Part shown: in pieces, positions 38,241 through 48,624 of the stretch
Numbering within the stretch: position 1 is the stretch's first letter
How the letters are laid out: each line of letters begins with the position of its first letter
IMG/VR virus record: IMGVR_UViG_3300035670_000017
Location: 850-64,849 of that record
Source: a virus
Lineage: Duplodnaviria; Heunggongvirae; Uroviricota; Caudoviricetes
Length of the DNA stretch: 64,000 nucleotides
Direction: 5' to 3' (one strand)
Notes under the pieces: generated by a model
Database searches by the model: none
Seen by the model: the letters and a program-made list of their open reading frames with translations, nothing else
Told to the model about the DNA's origin: nothing
Translations under genes and position numbers: made by a program

Positions 38241-39116
38241 TTAAGCGATAGGTGCCACGTTAGCAGCGGCGGTGCGCTCAGCATCGGCCTTGAAGCCAGC
38301 ATTAGCGGCAGCCAAGACGTCAGGAGCGATTTCCTTGATAAACGATGCCTTGTTGAAAGGATCAGCGTTAGTCAAGTTGGTAAAGTCCATAATTTCCTTA
38401 GCAAAGGCATCAATGCCGTTACCCACAGCAGACACACCAGCGTAACCGATGGTCAGGCGACCCAATTCGGAAGCAGTCGTCAGATCACGAACACCAGTGA
38501 TTTCACCGTTACCCAGAGGCCAGAAGTTGGTGGTCAGCCAAGCCTTCTCAATACCACGGTGGATAGGATCTGGTTCGTAAGCCAAGATTGTAGCCGAGTA
38601 CCAGTCAGCCAACAGGTCAGTAGGTGTGTTAGCACCCAAAGTAGTCAGCATAGCAAACTTGCTGTCTGGGTCCATGATACCGTAGCGGATCCAGATGTCA
38701 TGGAAACGCTGGATAGGACGACCATACAACTCGATGAACGAGAAGCTTGGCTCCGTGCGAGCACGAACCACGTTGGTAGGTTCTTGCATCATTTCACCAG
38801 CGCCACCGGCGGCGTGATCGTCAGCTTCCACAGTCAGACCAGCGTTATAGCCATCAACACGGATAGCCTTACGCTCCATCAGGTTACGGAACGAGGCATG
38901 CCATTGTGCAGGATTGGGCATCAGGTTGAAGAATCGAGGAGATTCAATAACCACGATTTCCAGAGGTTTGCGAACATAGCCCTGTTCGCTCAGTGTGTTG
39001 GCCAGGTCTGGCGACCAGCCGAAAAAGCCACCTTCGGCAAGGTTCAGCATGTTGGGGTTGTTACCCATACCACCGTATGCCGAGTTGCCAATGAGTGTTT
39101 GTTCATTGCGCTTCAT
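38241..39116 (-). CDS. Tail tube protein (phiKZ gp30-like)
   Basis: 291 aa directly downstream of the sheath; conserved-looking RARTEP...ELYGRPIQRF..WI.YG.MDP segment. Confidence 0.82.
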   Translation of the reverse strand: MKRNEQTLIGNSAYGGMGNNPNMLNLAEGGFFGWSPDLANTLSEQGYVRKPLEIVVIESPRFFNLMPNPAQWHASFRNLMERKAIRVDGYNAGLTVEADDHAAGGAGEMMQEPTNVVRARTEPSFSFIELYGRPIQRFHDIWIRYGIMDPDSKFAMLTTLGANTPTDLLADWYSATILAYEPDPIHRGIEKAWLTTNFWPLGNGEITGVRDLTTASELGRLTIGYAGVSAVGNGIDAFAKEIMDFTNLTNADPFNKASFIKEIAPDVLAAANAGFKADAERTAAANVAPIA

Positions 39117-39194
39117 CTATATTTCTCCAAACATTTAAAAAGGCTACCTAGGGACAGACCGAGACCTATTTACCTAGGTAGTAACTTTCATTGA

Positions 39195-41261
39195 TTACTC
39201 AGCGTTTTGCAGACGCTCGATACGGTCCGATTGGACGTACAGAGTTTGAACCGTCTTCATGCCAGGGGCGCCGAAGCCAATTGGCAGAGTCCAGCTGAAG
39301 TTGCGCATTTCATCCAGCTCTGTCACCACAGCCTTCGGAACGATCACGAAGCGATCGTCGAAGATACCCTTGCAGGCATTAGCCACGCTGTTATTGACAC
39401 GCTGCACCAGCTGCAGATTCGTCAGATCCGAGCGACCGGTGAACAGACGCCATGTGCGGTGACCAATCTTGTTCAATTGGCACACACCCATCACGTTGAT
39501 CATGCTGGTCAGCACAGAGGTATCGTCAGGATAGACGGTACGGTATGCAGGGATGAAGTAGCTGCGACGGTCAAAGCGTTGGATCCAGTTCAGACCCACA
39601 TCCCAGAAACGGTTACGCACCGATTCAGGCACAAACACCATGTTGATGTCTGTCAGCTCTTCGATCAGGTTACCAGGATTACCGTCAGGACGAGCACTGC
39701 CCTTCCAGCGACCATCCGAAGCACCCATGTAGCGAGCCATCTTGATCAAGATCTCGTACGTAGCAGGCACACGGTACTGAGTGTTACGGATAACACCCGA
39801 GCAGCCCATGATCAGCGCACGCGTAGCGGGAGTACCAAACCACAGCGATTCAGGATAGCTCAGCACACGAGCGCGCAGCGACACAGCCGAAGAGTGCTCT
39901 TCGCTTTCTGTCAATGGACGCGCACCGAAGACGTGAGTGCCCAATACCAGGAAGGTATCGTGACGTTGAGAGATGAAGCTTGGCAGATCCATCTTGGTTT
40001 CCATAGGGAAACCGCTATCGTAGAAGATCGACTGGATGTGGTAAGCCAGATCCATCACGGGGTCCTTGCGATCACGGTAACGCTTGATGTAAGCGGAGAC
40101 CATCTCGGCAAAGATCTCATCGTTCATGGTGCCATCAGAGCCTCCAGCAGCAGTCACGTCCGTGTAACGAGAGAATGTCAGAGCATCGCTGTCGTTCGAG
40201 AAGATGAAGCTGTGGTAAGGAACACCAAAGGTGCTTTGGCCGGTGATCACGTTGAACAGACCGCTATCTTCAGGAGAGTCACCGAAGTCACTCCACTGAT
40301 CGATGAAGGGGATTTCCGCTTCATGGAACGCAGCCAGCAGGGTATCCAGGTAGTTCTGGTAAATATAGAACTTACCAAAAGGAGGATACTCGATGGGGTA
40401 GCGAGGATCAGTCAGATTGCTGTAAGCGCTCTTGACACGATCACCGATGAACAGGTCTTGATTGGACACAGGGTCCTTCACACCAGGCTTGAACGTCACA
40501 CCCACCTGCTGCTCGCCGAAGATGGTCTTGACCACGCTAGCTGCGCTAGTAGGGGTCTCGCGGTCCACGATCGAGAAGTAATAAGGGAACGCCTTGTAGG
40601 TGTTCATCATGTTGTATGGAACGTCTTCCATGTTCGAATTGGGAGTCCAGAAACGAACACCCAGACGGTTGCCATAAGCGCCTTGGCTATCCACGACGAA
40701 GTCGAAGATAGGGTAACGCTCAGAGACCGTACCAGTGGTGGGATCAATTTGATTGCCTGCCACCATCGTGTAGCCACCGACTGCATCTGCATCGCCGGTG
40801 TTCTTGGAAGTCACCACCCACTTGACCTTGTAACCATCAGCAGTACCGATGATCTGAGGATCACCCAGAGCGTCAGTCCAGATGGAGCCATCGGCGTTAC
40901 GACGATACTGGTCGACCTTGGTCTTCAGTACGTCCAGCCACAGCGTCAAGTTGGCCTTAGGGCCTGCGTCTTCAGGAATCAGACGCTTGTAGACACAAGC
41001 GTTAGCTTCTTGATTGGCGCGGTTTGCAAAGATAGTTGCGTGGTTGTAATACGCGCTACCTGCGGAGAAAGTGTTAGAGCCATAGATGTTCTCACGCTCG
41101 GCACCAGCCAAGAGCAGTTCATCCGTGGAGCCTTTTTCTGCCCAAATCAGAAAAATTGGAAGATGTTGTGGAGCAGCTTCCGACTGGGTAGGTATTTGCT
41201 GAGTCGAGAGATCCTCAATACCCAGGTCTTCGACCATTGGCGCGCCATTGACGATTGCCAT
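39195..41261 (-). CDS. Contractile tail sheath protein (phiKZ gp29-like)
   Basis: 688 aa; N-terminal IVNGAP..GIEDLS..PQHLPIF..WAEKG; size and gene order. Confidence 0.9.
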   Translation of the reverse strand: MAIVNGAPMVEDLGIEDLSTQQIPTQSEAAPQHLPIFLIWAEKGSTDELLLAGAERENIYGSNTFSAGSAYYNHATIFANRANQEANACVYKRLIPEDAGPKANLTLWLDVLKTKVDQYRRNADGSIWTDALGDPQIIGTADGYKVKWVVTSKNTGDADAVGGYTMVAGNQIDPTTGTVSERYPIFDFVVDSQGAYGNRLGVRFWTPNSNMEDVPYNMMNTYKAFPYYFSIVDRETPTSAASVVKTIFGEQQVGVTFKPGVKDPVSNQDLFIGDRVKSAYSNLTDPRYPIEYPPFGKFYIYQNYLDTLLAAFHEAEIPFIDQWSDFGDSPEDSGLFNVITGQSTFGVPYHSFIFSNDSDALTFSRYTDVTAAGGSDGTMNDEIFAEMVSAYIKRYRDRKDPVMDLAYHIQSIFYDSGFPMETKMDLPSFISQRHDTFLVLGTHVFGARPLTESEEHSSAVSLRARVLSYPESLWFGTPATRALIMGCSGVIRNTQYRVPATYEILIKMARYMGASDGRWKGSARPDGNPGNLIEELTDINMVFVPESVRNRFWDVGLNWIQRFDRRSYFIPAYRTVYPDDTSVLTSMINVMGVCQLNKIGHRTWRLFTGRSDLTNLQLVQRVNNSVANACKGIFDDRFVIVPKAVVTELDEMRNFSWTLPIGFGAPGMKTVQTLYVQSDRIERLQNAE

Positions 41262-41311
41262 ATTCGATCCTTTCTTGCGAAATAAAATACTTCGATGGAG
41301 AAGTTTATAAA

Positions 41312-42514
41312 ATGACGATTTATATTGATCCCTACCATACCACTTCTGGTATGGTTCTCGACATGACCAAGGTCATCACACCACTTAAGGAATCAACGAT
41401 CCGCGATCCCCTGGATGGAACGAACCTGGGCGTGAGGAGCGCTAACTCGATCACGCCCGTCTTTATCACAGGATGTCGTGCTAGTGAGAGAGATATCCCA
41501 TCATTCGCCCACCCGATATTGATTAAAAATTTCAACGGCAAGTCATATCTTTTCACAGACATGACTTTGTTCGTGAAAGCGAACGCGAATCTTCAGACGA
41601 TTGACTCAAACATCCGCAGCCGTGAAGAGTTTGAATTCACAAAAGCCCGGGCAATTGCGTCTCTGGCTTGGGCTGCTGGAGAAGAATCTCGTTTCAGTAA
41701 CGGCATGAGCTTTGTGAGCGTGGTGTTCGCTGCGTTGATCTCTCAGACTCTGTCTAAGTACTTTGCGCTGATCTTCACTGACACCATGAAGCTCCAGATG
41801 ATCGCCCTGGGGTACTATGAGAGCCTGTACGTCGATGGCCCTGTCAACTACTCTCAGGACATGGATATGTCCATGATGGTCGCTCGACGTGCTAGCGAAG
41901 CCTTCAAGATTCCTTTTGCTCAAGCTCTGGCTTTCTACAAGCAACTGGACACTCCGATGGCTGACATCAGTGATCTATGCTCCGTGATCGTCAAGCAGTT
42001 GGATAACGTGAACCTGAATCCTATTCCTGGACGCCCAGAAAGTGGTTTCAATTCGCGAGTGCTACTGAATCTGATTGGTAACGTCTGGTTCTCGACCAAC
42101 TCCAAGTTGATCCTTCCGATCGCTATGGAACATCCTCCGACACTGGCAGCCATTGTTTACTACTGCTTGAACTACAACAACTTCAAGAAGCAGCAACTTG
42201 GTCAAACCATCCAGTCTGTGGGTCGAAGCGGCAAAGCCAATGTCTTCAATGACTCTTTTGCTAGTATGCTGGAAGAATACATGCAACCAATGCAAAGTAT
42301 CCGTCCTGTGATGGAATACCTGGATCCAGCTACGTACTTGGATATCGACGACGAGGCGCAGTTGTCCGAGGTGCAAAAGCTATTGACTGAACTGGAAGAA
42401 GATCCTAACGGAATCAGCAAAGTCAGTAACGAAGACAACAACAATATTCCGCCAGTTGAAATCGATCGTCCGTTGAATGCGGATGATGTGGTTGATGGGC
42501 GGCCTATCGTGTAA
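41312..42514 (+). CDS. Virion structural protein (phiKZ gp28-like)
   Basis: GGAG SD before ATG 41312; divergent from the sheath; motifs IPSFAHPI and EHPPT. Confidence 0.75.
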   Translation: MTIYIDPYHTTSGMVLDMTKVITPLKESTIRDPLDGTNLGVRSANSITPVFITGCRASERDIPSFAHPILIKNFNGKSYLFTDMTLFVKANANLQTIDSNIRSREEFEFTKARAIASLAWAAGEESRFSNGMSFVSVVFAALISQTLSKYFALIFTDTMKLQMIALGYYESLYVDGPVNYSQDMDMSMMVARRASEAFKIPFAQALAFYKQLDTPMADISDLCSVIVKQLDNVNLNPIPGRPESGFNSRVLLNLIGNVWFSTNSKLILPIAMEHPPTLAAIVYYCLNYNNFKKQQLGQTIQSVGRSGKANVFNDSFASMLEEYMQPMQSIRPVMEYLDPATYLDIDDEAQLSEVQKLLTELEEDPNGISKVSNEDNNNIPPVEIDRPLNADDVVDGRPIV

Positions 42515-42543
42515 GCTTACTTAGTCTTATATAGCCCTCATAA

Positions 42544-42573
42544 CTGCAAGACTCTCACTTGAGAGTCTTGCAG
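42544..42573 (+). terminator. Hairpin (terminator or processing stem)
   Basis: CTGCAAGACTCTC/GAGAGTCTTGCAG 13-bp stem. Confidence 0.6.
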
Positions 42574-42606
42574 GTGGTGCTTATGTAATTTAGAAAAGGA
42601 TCTTTC

Positions 42607-45249
42607 ATGCAACAGTATCTCATAGAACAAGCAAGAGATCAGATTTGGTGCAATCCAGGGCAGGACAACCAATACGTGATCAGACCAGATCGCGTGACCT
42701 TTGGCGCGGGTGCCATTAGTCAAGTCTTTGCCTTGTCGCGCTACATCGATCTCCCATTCAAGGACTCGTACAGTCAAGTCTTCCAAGTAGGCCAATGGCC
42801 TCCTTTCCTTTTGGGGTTGTTTGAGCAAAACCCTTCTTGGCTTAAGGAAAAATGGTTCAGTCTCAAAGACGCCATGAATACCATGCCTCTATATGCAAAT
42901 GCATATACGAATCGTGGAGTGAATATCCCTCGGGAAAACGTGTACTTCATGTACACCCGTGAAAAATGCCTGTTGTTCTGTGTCAAGAGTGATCCGGCGA
43001 TCAAAGTCAAATACACAACAGACATCTTTTACTTTCGCTTTTACTCCAGTGCGTATCTGCGCAATCTCAACTCCGCTACACCGGCTCTCCCGTTTATTGA
43101 AGTCAAGACTTTCAAGCCTCTGGGTGTTCAAGGTATTCTGGAAGCGCGTGCTGCATGGCTGGATCTAGGTAAGCGACCTGGTTATACTGAGATCTGGGTC
43201 AACGGGCATATCGCTGATAATATCGATTTGAATAACGTCGAACCAGGTGACTACGTCGAGTTGATCTATGATGCTTCGGTCAAGCGCCTGGTGACTTGGA
43301 AGAGCAATGAACTAGTTCCATTCACCTCGACCATGGATCAAAAGCTCAAGTACCTTTTGCATTACACGAAAAACATCGCGGTCAATCAGATTGATTTCCA
43401 AGACGACATTGATGTGTTCGTGAAATACATCAAAACTCCCGATGTTAAGATCGGCTACTATTATCCAAAGAACTCACCAGACGCTATGCGCATGGTCACT
43501 CACCGTGACTATAGCTTGACTGGCGACTATGTGGATTATATCGCCCGCTGCATCGTCCAAGACTTTGAGATTCCTGGTTATGACTTCTCGGACTTTGAGA
43601 TCACTCTAAAAATCCGACACAGCGGCTATAGTCGTCCTTTGATCTATGATGCTAACCGTATCCATGAGCTGTACAAGCTCAGCGATGAACGCATCATGAT
43701 GAGTATGTCCGGTGTCGACACACTGGTGCCTGTTTGGAATGCCGCTCACTTGGAAGCCAGTGACTATACCAAGATCATGCGCGAAGACTTCCGTGACATC
43801 ACTATTGACCAGGTTGAAAATGCCTATGGTTACAACGGCCTGTCGATTATGTTAGCGGATACTCCAACAGCTACCAATCTGAGCTACGGGCAGCCTTTCT
43901 CACCGTTGCCCTATGAACTGGCACTGGGTCCTTCCACGGTGTATGAGTACGATCCAGAAGGTTATCTGCTTGGTGTCTATAAACATCTGTCTAAGGACGA
44001 TGATTACAACGCCACGAACCCTATGTGTCGGCTGATTGAAGCTTTAGTGGGTGAAGGAAGTCAGCGTCCTAACGACATTTATGGACGCAATAACATCCCG
44101 ATCCAAAAAGATGCCTCATTCCGTGTCTATCATACACGACTGGATTACAGCGTCAATCCACCTGTTCCGATGAACCAATGGTCTGACATCACTGATAGCT
44201 CGGAGATGTATAAGATTGAAAATGGTGTGCTGAAATGGATCAGTCCTGAAACTGACCAATACCTGTTGGTTCGATTCGACAACACCTTCTTGTCCTATAC
44301 CTTTAGTGCAGTTCAAAACGAAGGTACTCTCTTGTTCGGCATTCAGCAAATTGAAAGCCGCGACGGAGTGGTGGCTAACCGATTGATGCAGGTGCCGCGT
44401 GGCGATCTCCAGATCTGGCTCAACGGCAAGAACTTGGTAAGAGATATTGATTACGTGCTGAACTTCCCCTACGTCTGCATCAATAATCAGTCTTTCTTCA
44501 AACAACCAGCACAGACTGCTGCGCAGAGCATCCATGTTCGCTTCACAGGCTTTTGCTCCTCTGATATGCAAGTGCTTCCTTTGAAGAGCACAGGCTTTGT
44601 CATCAACGGCGCTTTGTCCAATGACCAAGCCTATACGTTGCATGATGACAAGGTGATGCATATCTCGGTGGCAGGTGGCGTCTATGCGAAGAATGAAGTG
44701 ACGTTCTTTGAAGACAATCCTCAGTGGGATCCCCGTAGCCCCTATAACGGAACTCCTTACCAAATCAACGACATCATCGTTCCTTTGAAGGATTTCGTTA
44801 ATGAAGATACTTACACCTTGCTTGATAAGGCACTGGAGATTGACGTATTGGTTGAGTCTTATATGTCTCAGTATTATCCCAAACCTACTGATCAACCAGT
44901 CAGCTCGGCAACCAATCGCTGGCGCTTAACGTCTCCGTTTATCGCTAAGTTGGTGGATTTGTGCGTGAAGAATTCGATAACTTTCCAAGACAGTGATCAA
45001 GTCACAGACCAGAGGGTGCTACAAATATGTAAACCCTATGAGGTGCTATTGACCTATGATCCTATCAACGAGGAGCATAGCCTTCCTGAGAAGTTTGTCA
45101 ATATCACGCCGACCCGTTACAACTCTGCTGTCAATGTGACACGAGCGCAATACCGCTTCTTGCAAGCGGTTGTGCGTTTGTATGCCAACAACGCAGTAGG
45201 TTTGAATAACTTCATCACGTTCACAGCTCCGACTGTGCCGAATCAATAA
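42607..45249 (+). CDS. Virion structural/baseplate protein (phiKZ gp27-like)
   Basis: 880 aa; IWCNPGQDNQY N-terminal motif; gene order. Confidence 0.8.
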   Translation: MQQYLIEQARDQIWCNPGQDNQYVIRPDRVTFGAGAISQVFALSRYIDLPFKDSYSQVFQVGQWPPFLLGLFEQNPSWLKEKWFSLKDAMNTMPLYANAYTNRGVNIPRENVYFMYTREKCLLFCVKSDPAIKVKYTTDIFYFRFYSSAYLRNLNSATPALPFIEVKTFKPLGVQGILEARAAWLDLGKRPGYTEIWVNGHIADNIDLNNVEPGDYVELIYDASVKRLVTWKSNELVPFTSTMDQKLKYLLHYTKNIAVNQIDFQDDIDVFVKYIKTPDVKIGYYYPKNSPDAMRMVTHRDYSLTGDYVDYIARCIVQDFEIPGYDFSDFEITLKIRHSGYSRPLIYDANRIHELYKLSDERIMMSMSGVDTLVPVWNAAHLEASDYTKIMREDFRDITIDQVENAYGYNGLSIMLADTPTATNLSYGQPFSPLPYELALGPSTVYEYDPEGYLLGVYKHLSKDDDYNATNPMCRLIEALVGEGSQRPNDIYGRNNIPIQKDASFRVYHTRLDYSVNPPVPMNQWSDITDSSEMYKIENGVLKWISPETDQYLLVRFDNTFLSYTFSAVQNEGTLLFGIQQIESRDGVVANRLMQVPRGDLQIWLNGKNLVRDIDYVLNFPYVCINNQSFFKQPAQTAAQSIHVRFTGFCSSDMQVLPLKSTGFVINGALSNDQAYTLHDDKVMHISVAGGVYAKNEVTFFEDNPQWDPRSPYNGTPYQINDIIVPLKDFVNEDTYTLLDKALEIDVLVESYMSQYYPKPTDQPVSSATNRWRLTSPFIAKLVDLCVKNSITFQDSDQVTDQRVLQICKPYEVLLTYDPINEEHSLPEKFVNITPTRYNSAVNVTRAQYRFLQAVVRLYANNAVGLNNFITFTAPTVPNQ

Positions 45250-45257
45250 GGACAAAC

Positions 45258-46934
45258 ATGAGTACGCTAGTAAATGTCGCGACAACCGACAATCAACAGC
45301 CGCTGTATGACGAAAATGCTCCATGGAAGATGTGGGGTATCGACGACATCTATCTAGGGCTTGATGGCGCCAATCGCTATGTTCCCAAAGTCAATGACTA
45401 CGTGATCCGTCCTCAGACCTATGAGACATGGATCGTCAAGAGCGTTGACCCTGTGACATATATTCCTGAACTGATCCCCATCTCTCCTTACGGAGCTGCA
45501 GGCGACACGACACGGGAAGACGTACTGTTCGGTGTGGGGCCCGGTACACAAGCCCAACTGCTGCGCATCTATATCAACCGAGCCAACTATCCCTATAAAG
45601 CCACTGTGGACACACATTGCTTTGTGGGTGGTATGTTCAACGCCTACGCCATCGTTTATAAGAACGGAGATCCCTCCATCGGAGGTGAACCTATCTCTCG
45701 ACTGTACGACAGCTCCGGAAACCTCATCGATGTCAAGGTTCCTCTTGAAGTCGTGGCTTTGGATACCCACACCAATCACTCCATCAAAGTGGTGCAAGAG
45801 TTCTCGGTTACGGAAGACATTCCTGACGGAGAGCCTCTGCTTGTGATATTCTACACAGCGGATGGTAACCCTGTGTCTAAGGCAATGCTGCTTGTGGAAA
45901 ACACCAGCTACATCCGTGGCCTGGATATCCAGCGCAAATTCGTCACTAGTATCTCCTTGGAGTCTCCATGGCTGTCGGCTGCGGACTCCAACGTACTGAA
46001 GTTCCCCTTGAACATTCCTTTGAATGCTCTGGACTTGGTGGGCGTGGTGAACTACAACGTCGGACCTCCTTTGAAACTGGCTGTGGATGGCGGTAAGTTC
46101 CGTATGGATGGACTGGACGGCTATGTCTCCAGTATTCCTGGTGAGAAGTTCGATCTGTCCTTGGTTTACAGTCTGTCTGAAAATGAAGTGGCGTTTGCCG
46201 GTCAAGGGGTGTATGTGGATCGTAAGGTCACGCAACCCTACTCCGTGATCACTGAGATCGTGGAGCCCGGCTACACTGTCAAACTGTTCGTCTATCCATT
46301 CTGGGATACTGCCCTGGGAGGCTACCGCCTTCGCTACTGGCTCTATAACCTCGCTCGTAACTCGAACGTGGAAGTGACGCAGTATGTGACATACAGTTCA
46401 CAGATGCCAGCGTTTGATCCACGGGGTTACGGATACAAGCAACGACTGCAAGTCAACTTGAATCTGCGTAAGGTCTCCATGTCCTTCAAGCCCATGATCC
46501 ATACGCAGATGTTCGAAGTGACCTTGTTCTCTGAGCCTCAGGATAACGTGACTCCATGGGTCGTGTCTTCTCAGCTGTCTCCGACGATGCCAGGCTTTGG
46601 GCGCGAGACTTACGCCAAAGTGATCGGACCACGCACATACACACTGCGCTCCGGCTTCGATACCAAGGACCAGTGGCTCAAGGCTTTCTACTATGACGCT
46701 GATCCACTGATCGACCGTCGCAGTGAAGTCAATGCACCAATGCCTACAAGCATGGATGTCTCGACTAACAACGGCACCACCTGGACTCGATACTTCATCG
46801 ACACCAGCTGGAATTTGAACCTGACCAGTGCAACCGCCCTGGAAAACTACAAGAATGTGCTGATTCGTTTCATTCGTCCCTCTGGGATCAATGAAAGCCA
46901 ATTGGCTATCTCTGCTGTGACTTTGCGTCCATAA
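45258..46934 (+). CDS. Virion structural/baseplate protein (phiKZ gp26-like)
   Basis: 558 aa; YVPKVNDYV motif; gene order before the terminase. Confidence 0.8.
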   Translation: MSTLVNVATTDNQQPLYDENAPWKMWGIDDIYLGLDGANRYVPKVNDYVIRPQTYETWIVKSVDPVTYIPELIPISPYGAAGDTTREDVLFGVGPGTQAQLLRIYINRANYPYKATVDTHCFVGGMFNAYAIVYKNGDPSIGGEPISRLYDSSGNLIDVKVPLEVVALDTHTNHSIKVVQEFSVTEDIPDGEPLLVIFYTADGNPVSKAMLLVENTSYIRGLDIQRKFVTSISLESPWLSAADSNVLKFPLNIPLNALDLVGVVNYNVGPPLKLAVDGGKFRMDGLDGYVSSIPGEKFDLSLVYSLSENEVAFAGQGVYVDRKVTQPYSVITEIVEPGYTVKLFVYPFWDTALGGYRLRYWLYNLARNSNVEVTQYVTYSSQMPAFDPRGYGYKQRLQVNLNLRKVSMSFKPMIHTQMFEVTLFSEPQDNVTPWVVSSQLSPTMPGFGRETYAKVIGPRTYTLRSGFDTKDQWLKAFYYDADPLIDRRSEVNAPMPTSMDVSTNNGTTWTRYFIDTSWNLNLTSATALENYKNVLIRFIRPSGINESQLAISAVTLRP

Positions 46935-46939
46935 AAGCT

Positions 46940-46972
46940 ATCTCTACCTAGGCTTTTGGCCTAGGTAGAGAT
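46940..46972. terminator. Hairpin terminator, CTACCTAGG family
   Basis: ATCTCTACCTAGG-CTTTTGG-CCTAGGTAGAGAT. Confidence 0.8.
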
Positions 46973-46978
46973 ATGCCC

Positions 46979-47013
46979 TTTGTATATTTTTTAATTACTA
47001 TATACTTTACATG
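46979..47013 (+). promoter_or_regulatory. Early-type promoter, copy 5
   Basis: TTTGTA-N16-TATACT-TTAC-ATG. Confidence 0.8.
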
Positions 47014-47052
47014 AGGAATAGCCCTCTAATTCTAGTACAGGAAAAAACAATC

Positions 47053-47559
47053 ATGGGTAACAGTTGGATTACAGAAACTTTGGCTACGTCTATATATCGG
47101 CGAATCATCTTGGTACTATCATGCGTTTCATTACTCGCATCGGTCATCTATTCTAACGCCAACAGCGTGCCGGAAACACTTTCTTTATGTGCAGCAGTAT
47201 TCTTGGTAGTGTCTAATCTACTAACCATGAATAATCTACAAGAAATGCTCAAGCATCTCAAAAATCTTGATGACAGCAAAATTTACTTCTCTAGTGATAT
47301 CAAAGAGAGTGTCAAGAGTCAAGTTCTAAAGTTCAATCTCGTTTCGATTTTGATGATTGCTTATGCGATCCTGATGAACGTACAGATGCTCCCTATTCCA
47401 GACGCATTCCCTTTGAAGGAATTTAAGACAATAGTCGCCTTCATCATGATCGTCACCTGCGCCTTAGTAATAGTAACCGATCCTATCGCTATCCTCAGTG
47501 AAATTAAGGAAAAACAAGATGAGCAAAAATCTATCTGCCACACACACCACCACCACTGA
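47053..47559 (+). CDS. Four-TM membrane protein in an AT-rich cassette
   Basis: ATG 47053 after CAGGAAA; four hydrophobic segments. Confidence 0.7.
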   Translation: MGNSWITETLATSIYRRIILVLSCVSLLASVIYSNANSVPETLSLCAAVFLVVSNLLTMNNLQEMLKHLKNLDDSKIYFSSDIKESVKSQVLKFNLVSILMIAYAILMNVQMLPIPDAFPLKEFKTIVAFIMIVTCALVIVTDPIAILSEIKEKQDEQKSICHTHHHH

Positions 47560-48472
47560 AGCGTTGATCAATCGGATCCGTGGATGTATGAGTAACTGGA
47601 AATCCATACAACCAGGAGCTACTAATGACTATAGTCTAATTTTAAGATATATAGGTAGTGAAAACGCTGAAGAAATATCTTGGTGGGTAGGACAAAGCAT
47701 CCAGAAAGATTATATTGATAACTTCTTCTCACACAAAAAGCACATCCGTGATCCCAGAGCTGCTTTCGATGAATTGTTCTCAGTAGAGAGACTTAAATAT
47801 CTTCCTGAAAGTTATCTGGTAGTAATTCTCAAAAGAGTCTTTGGTAGTCGCTATGATGCAAGGGCAATTGGAACAGGACGGTTGTACCGACAAATTCGTC
47901 GTGAGATGAACATCTTGATTCGTAAGGAAAAAGGACGTATCTTTCAACTCAAGAAAGAAGCCAATCCCCTTAAGTTTCCAGAGTTCAAAATTCTGTACAT
48001 CGGACCAGAGTTCCATTTGGACTCAAAGCCAAAACCGAAGCCTCTTCGCATACCGAGTAAGCGAGAACAGGTGATGGAGGATATTTTCAAACACTTGAAA
48101 AAATGGGAATATCCCCAAATGCCCGATGGCTTCGATAAAGTTCTAACTTACATCGACTCGAAACAATCTCGCAAGCTACTGCAGCCAGAAAACTTCTTTC
48201 CTGGTAAAATACAGAGTTATATTGAGAACTTCAGTACAGATCCTCGCCTTGTCGTCGATCCATATATTAAGTTCAATAATCTCCTGTCATCAGAAACACT
48301 GATGAGGCTGCCTCTGAGCTACTTGTATGTCATTCGAAAGCGAATCGTATTCGCGACGACAAACGAATATAAGTGCAAGCAAGTCAGTTCGTTGTTCCGT
48401 CAAACGAGCAACGAGATCGCAGCTATCTTGAGAGAGCAACGAAAGATCATGCACCGTCTTCGTAGCTGTTAA
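47519..48472 (+). CDS. Hypothetical basic protein with a tandem duplicated domain
   Basis: TAAGGA SD before ATG 47519; two copies of YI[DE]NF...DP...F..L.S.E.L..LP.SYL.VI.KR. Confidence 0.8.
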   Translation: MSKNLSATHTTTTEALINRIRGCMSNWKSIQPGATNDYSLILRYIGSENAEEISWWVGQSIQKDYIDNFFSHKKHIRDPRAAFDELFSVERLKYLPESYLVVILKRVFGSRYDARAIGTGRLYRQIRREMNILIRKEKGRIFQLKKEANPLKFPEFKILYIGPEFHLDSKPKPKPLRIPSKREQVMEDIFKHLKKWEYPQMPDGFDKVLTYIDSKQSRKLLQPENFFPGKIQSYIENFSTDPRLVVDPYIKFNNLLSSETLMRLPLSYLYVIRKRIVFATTNEYKCKQVSSLFRQTSNEIAAILREQRKIMHRLRSC

Positions 48473-48480
48473 TGATATTT

Positions 48481-48513
48481 ATCTACCTAGGAGCCAAAAG
48501 CTCCTAGGTAGAT
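48481..48513 (+). terminator. Rho-independent terminator, CTACCTAGG family
   Basis: ATCTACCTAGGAGC-CAAAA-GCTCCTAGGTAGAT followed by a T tract. Confidence 0.85.
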
Positions 48514-48530
48514 AGTATTATTTTTTCCTG

Positions 48531-48565
48531 TTTCTAACGATTTTCATTCACATATACTTCACTTG
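48531..48565 (+). promoter_or_regulatory. Early-type promoter, copy 6
   Basis: TTTCTA-N16-TATACT-TCAC-TTG. Confidence 0.8.
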
Positions 48566-48624
48566 AGGACAATACCAATAGTCCATTTGTTTACTCCCTT
48601 AACCCTTACTGAAAGGACATCAAA

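Noticed and set aside
39207-41285. 692-aa + strand ORF antisense to the tail sheath
   Set aside because: Exact antisense shadow of a strongly codon-biased gene; no SD and no recognisable motifs.
47539-47559. C-terminal CHTHHHH as a metal-binding tag
   Set aside because: It arises from a CAC repeat in the overlap with the next gene, which reads THTTTT in its own frame; probably a by-product.
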